From the NCBI GenBank assembly GCA_963666275.2, contig CAXXOA010000002.1, positions 1,440,001-1,504,000 of the forward strand: a DNA stretch of 64,000 nucleotides, in the 5' to 3' direction. How positions within the stretch are numbered: position 1 is the first letter of the stretch; every line of letters begins with the position of its first letter. Made by a program: the position numbers and the translations under genes. Shown here in pieces: positions 59,089 through 64,000 of this stretch. Origin of the DNA: Oceanispirochaeta sp. (lineage in GTDB: Bacteria > Spirochaetota > Spirochaetia > DSM-2461). The notes under the pieces were generated by a model that saw only the letters and a list, made by a program, of their open reading frames with translations, was not told where the DNA came from and made no database searches.

Positions 59089-59268
59089 ATGAAAAAATTA
59101 AAAGCTTTTTTCTCAGAAAGCTATGGAGAGCTGAAGAAGGTAGTCTGGCCGGGAAGAGATTCTGTTGCCGCGTCTACGAAAGTTGTTCTGGTGTCAACCG
59201 TACTGTTTGCTCTCTTCTTTGGTGTTGTTGACTTCCTGCTGGTGAAAGGGCTTTTCTTTATTTTTTAA
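59089..59268 (+). CDS. secE: Preprotein translocase subunit SecE (missed by ORF track)
   Basis: MKKLKAFFSESYGELKKVVWPGRDSVAASTKVVLVSTVLFALFFGVVDFLLVKGLFFIF*; ELKKV.WP motif, one TM, synteny. Confidence 0.95.
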   Translation: MKKLKAFFSESYGELKKVVWPGRDSVAASTKVVLVSTVLFALFFGVVDFLLVKGLFFIF

Positions 59269-59300
59269 AAAACAGCCTGTATTTTTGTAAAGGAAGAACA

Positions 59301-59855
59301 ATGGCGAAAGGTTGGTACGTTCTTCATACCTATTCCGGGTATGAAAACAAGATTGAGAAATACATTCGGCTTTACATGGAAGACGGTACCCTTGCAGGAT
59401 CAGTTCTTGATATCAAGGTTCCCGCGGAAGATGTGGTTGAAGTTAAAAACGGTAAGAAACGTACGGTTTCTAAAAAATTCCTCCCCGGTTACATTCTGCT
59501 TGAAATGGATCTCCCCGACAGGGGCTGGAAGAAAATATGTTCAGATATAAAAAAGATTCAGGGCGTTGTCGGGTTTGTGGGGTATGCCTCAGGGGCTAAG
59601 CCGCAGCCGATCAGTCAGGATGAGGCGAAATCAATCCTTCAGAAAACAGGTGCTATTAAAGCTGAGAAGCGGTACCAGTCCAAACAGGACTTTGCTGTGG
59701 GTGAAGAGGTTCGTGTTATCGAAGGTCCTTTTGAATCTTTCTCGGGTAATATCGAAGTGGTTAACCTTGAAAAAGGCAAGCTGCGGGTTATGGTCGGGAT
59801 TTTTGGAAGAAGTACTCCTGTAGAAGTTGATTTTTCTCAGGTTGAAAAAGTGTGA
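59301..59855 (+). CDS. nusG: Transcription factor NusG
   Basis: WYVLHTYSGYE, PGYI, GFVG, KOW GPF...IFGRSTPVE. Confidence 0.98.
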   Translation: MAKGWYVLHTYSGYENKIEKYIRLYMEDGTLAGSVLDIKVPAEDVVEVKNGKKRTVSKKFLPGYILLEMDLPDRGWKKICSDIKKIQGVVGFVGYASGAKPQPISQDEAKSILQKTGAIKAEKRYQSKQDFAVGEEVRVIEGPFESFSGNIEVVNLEKGKLRVMVGIFGRSTPVEVDFSQVEKV

Positions 59856-59897
59856 TTGGATTACGGCAGGATTTTGTTCTGTCGTAGTTTTATATAC

Positions 59898-59937
59898 ATG
59901 GGAGTCTGTCCTCTTAAAAGGCAGACGTTTGCACCAT
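59898..59937 (+). promoter_or_regulatory. Putative L1-binding autoregulatory leader of rplK-rplA
   Basis: ATGG-GA-GTCTGTC-loop-GGCAGAC-gtttgca-CCAT stem/internal loop/stem just before the rplK RBS. Confidence 0.55.
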
Positions 59938-59949
59938 AAGGAGTAAAAA

Positions 59950-60381
59950 ATGGCTAAGAAAAAGGTAACAGCTTATATTAAGCTTCAGGTACCTGCGGGA
60001 AAAGCAACTCCCGCTCCACCGGTCGGTCCGGCTCTCGGTCCTCACGGTGTTCCTGCGCCTCAGTTTGTTCAGCAGTTCAATGATAGAACCAGCAAATTTG
60101 AGCCGGGACTGACTATTCCTGTTGTTATTACAGTTTATAGCGACAGAAGTTTCACTTTCATTACAAAGACACCTCCTGCAGCGGTTCTTCTCAAGAAAGC
60201 GGCAAAGCTGGATAAAGGGTCTGCGGAACCTCATAAAGTAAAGGTTGCAACAGTAACCCGCGCTCAGGTACAGGAAATTGCTCAGACAAAAATGCCTGAC
60301 CTCAATGCTAACGACATTGATGCCGCTATCAGTATTATTTCCGGTACTGCAAGAAGTATGGGAATCAAGGTAGAGGGTTAA
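59950..60381 (+). CDS. rplK: 50S ribosomal protein L11
   Basis: [27 protein letters not shown]. Confidence 0.98.
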   Translation: MAKKKVTAYIKLQVPAGKATPAPPVGPALGPHGVPAPQFVQQFNDRTSKFEPGLTIPVVITVYSDRSFTFITKTPPAAVLLKKAAKLDKGSAEPHKVKVATVTRAQVQEIAQTKMPDLNANDIDAAISIISGTARSMGIKVEG

Positions 60382-60385
60382 TGAA

Positions 60386-61060
60386 GTGAAAAGAAGCAAG
60401 AAATATAAAGAGGCTGCTGCCAAGATCGATTCTGCAAAACTCTATGCAGTTTCAGAAGCGATCGGTCTTGTGAAAAGTGGTGCTTTCGCAAAATTTGATG
60501 AAACTGTTGAAGTTTCTGTTAAATTGAATATCAAGAAAAGTCACTCTATCCGCGATACTGTCAGTCTTCCCAATCAGTTTACTGCTGAAAAGAAGATCCT
60601 GGTTTTCGCCAAGGGTGATAAAGCTAAAGAAGCTCTGGAAGCCGGTGCTGCCTATGTTGGTGATGATGACCTTGTCGCCAAGATTAAAGACGGATGGCTG
60701 GATTTTGATATCTGTGTTGCTACTCCCGATATGATGAGGGAAGTTGGTAAACTGGGTCCTGTTCTCGGACGGAGAGGTCTTATGCCTAACCCCAAGACAA
60801 GAACGGTTACTATGGATGTTAAAGGTGCTATCGAAGAGCTGAAACAGGGTCGTGTTGAATATCGTGCCGACAAGACCGGAGTTGTTCACCTTGCTGTAGG
60901 AAAAGTTTCTATGGATGAGGGACAGATCCAGGAAAACTTTAATGCTTTCATGGGAGATCTTTCCAAAAAGAGACCTAGTGATGTAAAAGGCGATTTTGTT
61001 AAATCTGTCGCTGTTTCTTCAACCATGGGGCCTGGCGTTAAGGTAGAGGTTAAGGAGTAA
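60386..61060 (+). CDS. rplA: 50S ribosomal protein L1
   Basis: [25 protein letters not shown]. Confidence 0.98.
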   Translation: MKRSKKYKEAAAKIDSAKLYAVSEAIGLVKSGAFAKFDETVEVSVKLNIKKSHSIRDTVSLPNQFTAEKKILVFAKGDKAKEALEAGAAYVGDDDLVAKIKDGWLDFDICVATPDMMREVGKLGPVLGRRGLMPNPKTRTVTMDVKGAIEELKQGRVEYRADKTGVVHLAVGKVSMDEGQIQENFNAFMGDLSKKRPSDVKGDFVKSVAVSSTMGPGVKVEVKE

Positions 61061-61063
61061 GAG

Positions 61064-61594
61064 ATGGCGGAAAAAAAGATACAGCAGAACAAAATTGATG
61101 CCGTTGCTGCTCTTCGGGAACAGTTTGAAGGTGTTGAGAACTTTATTTTTACCGACTACCGCGGTTTGACTGTAGAGCAGGTGACTGATCTGCGGAACAA
61201 GCTCCGGGAACAGAATGCCGAGTATCATGTAATTAAGAACAATCTGGCAAAGATTGCTTTTAAAGAACTTGGTAAAGACGGGGTTGAGTCCTATCTTGTT
61301 GGTCCTACAGCAGTAGCTATGGCTCATGATGAAGCGGGTCCTGTTGCCAAAACTCTGATCGAGTTTGCAAAAGACAGTCCTGTGGAACTGAAGGCCGGAT
61401 ATTTTGAAGGAAATGTTTATGATGAAGCCGGAGTTGTGGCTTTTTCCAAGCTTCCTACAAGAATCGAGCTTATTGCAAAACTTATGGGTACAATGAATGC
61501 CCCTGTACAGAATGTGGCTTTTGCCCTGAACGCTGTTACAGAAAAGCTGGTTAGAACACTTGCTGCCGTTGCAGATGCAAAAGGTAACGAGTAA
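61064..61594 (+). CDS. rplJ: 50S ribosomal protein L10
   Basis: DYRGLTV, VIKNNL, GPTA, LPT. Confidence 0.97.
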   Translation: MAEKKIQQNKIDAVAALREQFEGVENFIFTDYRGLTVEQVTDLRNKLREQNAEYHVIKNNLAKIAFKELGKDGVESYLVGPTAVAMAHDEAGPVAKTLIEFAKDSPVELKAGYFEGNVYDEAGVVAFSKLPTRIELIAKLMGTMNAPVQNVAFALNAVTEKLVRTLAAVADAKGNE

Positions 61595-61670
61595 AATAAA
61601 TAAACAAACAGCGTTAGTCTTCTAATAGTTGCATGCTATCGCTGTTAAAAAACATTAAGGAGAAGGTAAT

Positions 61671-62051
61671 ATGACAACTGAAGAAATTCTGGATGCTATT
61701 GCAAACATGACTGTACTGGAAGTTTCCGAGCTGGTAAAAGCTATGGAAGACAAATTTGGTGTAACCGCTGCTGCTCCCGTAGCTGTAGCTGCTGCTCCCG
61801 CTGCTGGTGGAGACGCCGGCGCTGCTGCTGAAGAACAGTCTGAGTTTGACGTTATTCTTAAAGGTTTCGCTGATGGAAAGAAAATCGGCGTAATCAAAGA
61901 AGTTAGAGGCGTTACAGGTCTTGGTCTGAAAGAAGCTAAAGAAATGGTTGAAGGATCCGATTCTGTGGTCAAAGAAGGCGTTTCTAAAGAAGATGCAGCC
62001 AAGATCAAAGAGCAGCTCGAAGCTGCCGGTGCAACTGTTGAAATTAAATAA
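61671..62051 (+). CDS. rplL: 50S ribosomal protein L7/L12
   Basis: MTVLE..ELVK..EDKFGV, Ala hinge, GLGLKEAK. Confidence 0.98.
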   Translation: MTTEEILDAIANMTVLEVSELVKAMEDKFGVTAAAPVAVAAAPAAGGDAGAAAEEQSEFDVILKGFADGKKIGVIKEVRGVTGLGLKEAKEMVEGSDSVVKEGVSKEDAAKIKEQLEAAGATVEIK

Positions 62052-62089
62052 TAGAAGCGCAGTTATTTAGTATTGATTTTTTTACTCAT

Positions 62090-62122
62090 TTTACCACAGG
62101 GGCTAGGTGTCCCTGTGGTAAA
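62090..62122 (+). terminator. rplL-rpoB intercistronic hairpin (attenuator or processing stem)
   Basis: TTTACCACAGGG-9 nt-CCCTGTGGTAAA perfect 12-bp stem, no clear U-tract on the + strand. Confidence 0.55.
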
Positions 62123-62142
62123 GTGTTATCAGGGGGTTTTTA

Positions 62143-64000
62143 GTGTTTGTTAGGGATAAGCTGGATCGCCGAACTTATATTGGTAAGGAATATGAAGAAG
62201 CAATTGATTTACCCAATCTCATAGATATTCAGTTGTCTTCATATGAAAAATTTCTCCAGACTACTGCCCTTAAAGGCGATGGGGAGCTGGTGAGTCAGGG
62301 GCTTGAAGAAGTATTCCGGGCAACATTTCCCATAGAAAGTGCCAACGGTGAGTTGGTTCTCGATTATGATTATTACACCCTCGATTATGACGGCGTTAAG
62401 ATGACTGAAGCTGAATGTAAGCGCAAGGGTCTTTCTTATGCTGTTCCTATCAAAGCCCGGATCAATCTGATCTTTCAGTCTACCGGAGAAATTCGGCAGA
62501 AAGAAATTTACATGGGCGATATTCCTCTTATGACAGATAGGGGGACGTTTATTATTAACGGTGCGGAAAGAGTTGTGGTATCTCAGATACACAGGTCTCC
62601 CGGTGTAATTTTTTCAGAAGAGAAAGGGGTGTATTCATCCCGTATAATTCCTTATAGAGGGTCATGGCTCGAATTTGAGATCGATCACAAAAAGGAATTG
62701 GTATATACAAAGATAGATAGAAAAAAACGTATTCTCGGTACTCTTTTTCTGAGAGCTCTCGGACTGGATACCAGGGAACAGATTATAGATCAGTTTTACA
62801 AAACAAAAACTGTAAAGGTAACCAATGAAAGAGAAGGGGCCAAGTCTCTTGTCGGAATGGTTTTTGCCAGAGCTGTTTATACTGAAATTGACGGCGTAAA
62901 GAAAAAACTTTACAGAGCGGGTGAAAAAATACATCCCCACGATACGGATGAACTTGTACACTCCAAGATCGAAAAAGTTGAAGTTGTGGATTTTGATCAT
63001 CCCGACTCTCTGAACAGTACTATTGTTCTCAACTGTTTTGAAAGGGAAGAATCAAAATACAATCAGGATGATCCCGAGCACGATGAGCCTACCAAGGAAG
63101 ATGCTCTGGCGTCTATTTACTCCGTACTGATGCCCGGTGAACCCATTACTGTAGAAAGTGCCGAGAAAGATCTGATTTCCATGTTCTTTTCAACAAGACG
63201 TTATGATCTCGGCCGTGTGGGACGTTACAAGCTGAACAAAAAATTCGACTATGAAAATCCCGAAGATTCTCATGTCCTTACCAGGGAAGATATCGCCAAT
63301 ACCATGGGCTATCTGATCCGTGTATACGACGGCGAAGCTTCAATTGATGATATCGATCACCTGGGAAACAGAAGGGTCCGGTCAGTTGGAGAGCTTCTTT
63401 CCAATGCTCTGAAAACAGCGTTCTCCAGAATGGAAAGAATTGCCAAAGAGAGAATGTCTCTGAAAGAAACAGAATCTCTCAAGCCTCAGGATCTTGTATC
63501 CATTAAGCCTATTGTGGCGGCGGTCAAGGAATTTTTCGGTTCCTCCCAGCTGTCTCAGTTTATGGATCAGGTTAATCCCCTTTCTGAGCTGACCCATAAA
63601 AGAAGACTTAATGCTCTTGGACCGGGAGGTCTTTCACGAGACAGAGCCGGTTTCGAGGTCAGGGATGTACACTACACTCATTACGGAAGGATGTGTCCCA
63701 TTGAAACTCCTGAAGGACCGAACATCGGCCTGATCGTTTCTCTGGCAAACTTCACCAGGGTGAATGACTACGGTTTTCTCGAAACTCCTTTCCGGAAGGT
63801 AGAAAACGGTCAGGTTTCCCATGAAGTTGAATACCTTTCCGCTATGGATGAGGAAAAATACTACATCGCACAGGCCAGTGCTTCTCTTTCAGACGATTGG
63901 AAGCTGCAGGATGATCTGGTAGCTGTTAGAAAGTCCGGTGACTATACAATTAAAAGTCCCGACGAAATCAAATATATGGACGTTTCGCCCCGGCAGATTA
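62143..64000 (+). CDS. rpoB: RNA polymerase beta subunit (runs off window)
   Basis: GTG start; [57 protein letters not shown]. Confidence 0.98.
   Translation, partial: MFVRDKLDRRTYIGKEYEEAIDLPNLIDIQLSSYEKFLQTTALKGDGELVSQGLEEVFRATFPIESANGELVLDYDYYTLDYDGVKMTEAECKRKGLSYAVPIKARINLIFQSTGEIRQKEIYMGDIPLMTDRGTFIINGAERVVVSQIHRSPGVIFSEEKGVYSSRIIPYRGSWLEFEIDHKKELVYTKIDRKKRILGTLFLRALGLDTREQIIDQFYKTKTVKVTNEREGAKSLVGMVFARAVYTEIDGVKKKLYRAGEKIHPHDTDELVHSKIEKVEVVDFDHPDSLNSTIVLNCFEREESKYNQDDPEHDEPTKEDALASIYSVLMPGEPITVESAEKDLISMFFSTRRYDLGRVGRYKLNKKFDYENPEDSHVLTREDIANTMGYLIRVYDGEASIDDIDHLGNRRVRSVGELLSNALKTAFSRMERIAKERMSLKETESLKPQDLVSIKPIVAAVKEFFGSSQLSQFMDQVNPLSELTHKRRLNALGPGGLSRDRAGFEVRDVHYTHYGRMCPIETPEGPNIGLIVSLANFTRVNDYGFLETPFRKVENGQVSHEVEYLSAMDEEKYYIAQASASLSDDWKLQDDLVAVRKSGDYTIKSPDEIKYMDVSPRQI

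Overview
Chromosomal segment of a free-living-type spirochaete (Spirochaetaceae inferred from the tRNA-Thr/rpmG/tRNA-Trp/secE/nusG/rplKAJL/rpoB cluster lacking tuf, RpoB Asn at the E. coli S531-equivalent position, a long Prs, and many lipoproteins and FecR-like proteins). Housekeeping genes (nth, pyrK/pyrD, rpmB, clpB, nudC, argH, prs, nucleoside ABC transporter, Na/Pi cotransporter, four tRNAs) are interleaved with accessory envelope and signalling loci. Most notable: (1) a membrane c-di-GMP phosphodiesterase gene followed by a coupled three-gene operon encoding a beta-barrel/transglutaminase-like Cys enzyme/TPR protein, a 1973-aa Ig-repeat lipoprotein and an LVIVD-repeat lipoprotein, reminiscent of LapD/LapG/LapA logic; (2) a coupled four-gene operon of membrane adenylate cyclase (with a CheA P1/P2-like pseudo-module at its N-terminus), FecR-Ig protein and two predicted outer-membrane barrels; (3) a nested REP-like repeat complex between clpB and an HPr-domain gene, including about 8.5 x 57-bp tandem repeats, and a second REP family inserted in frame into a gene; (4) a Tat-lipoprotein flavinylated reductase next to a membrane AraC regulator. 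No integrase, transposase, phage gene or CRISPR array was recognised. All calls come from motif recognition by eye; no searches were run.
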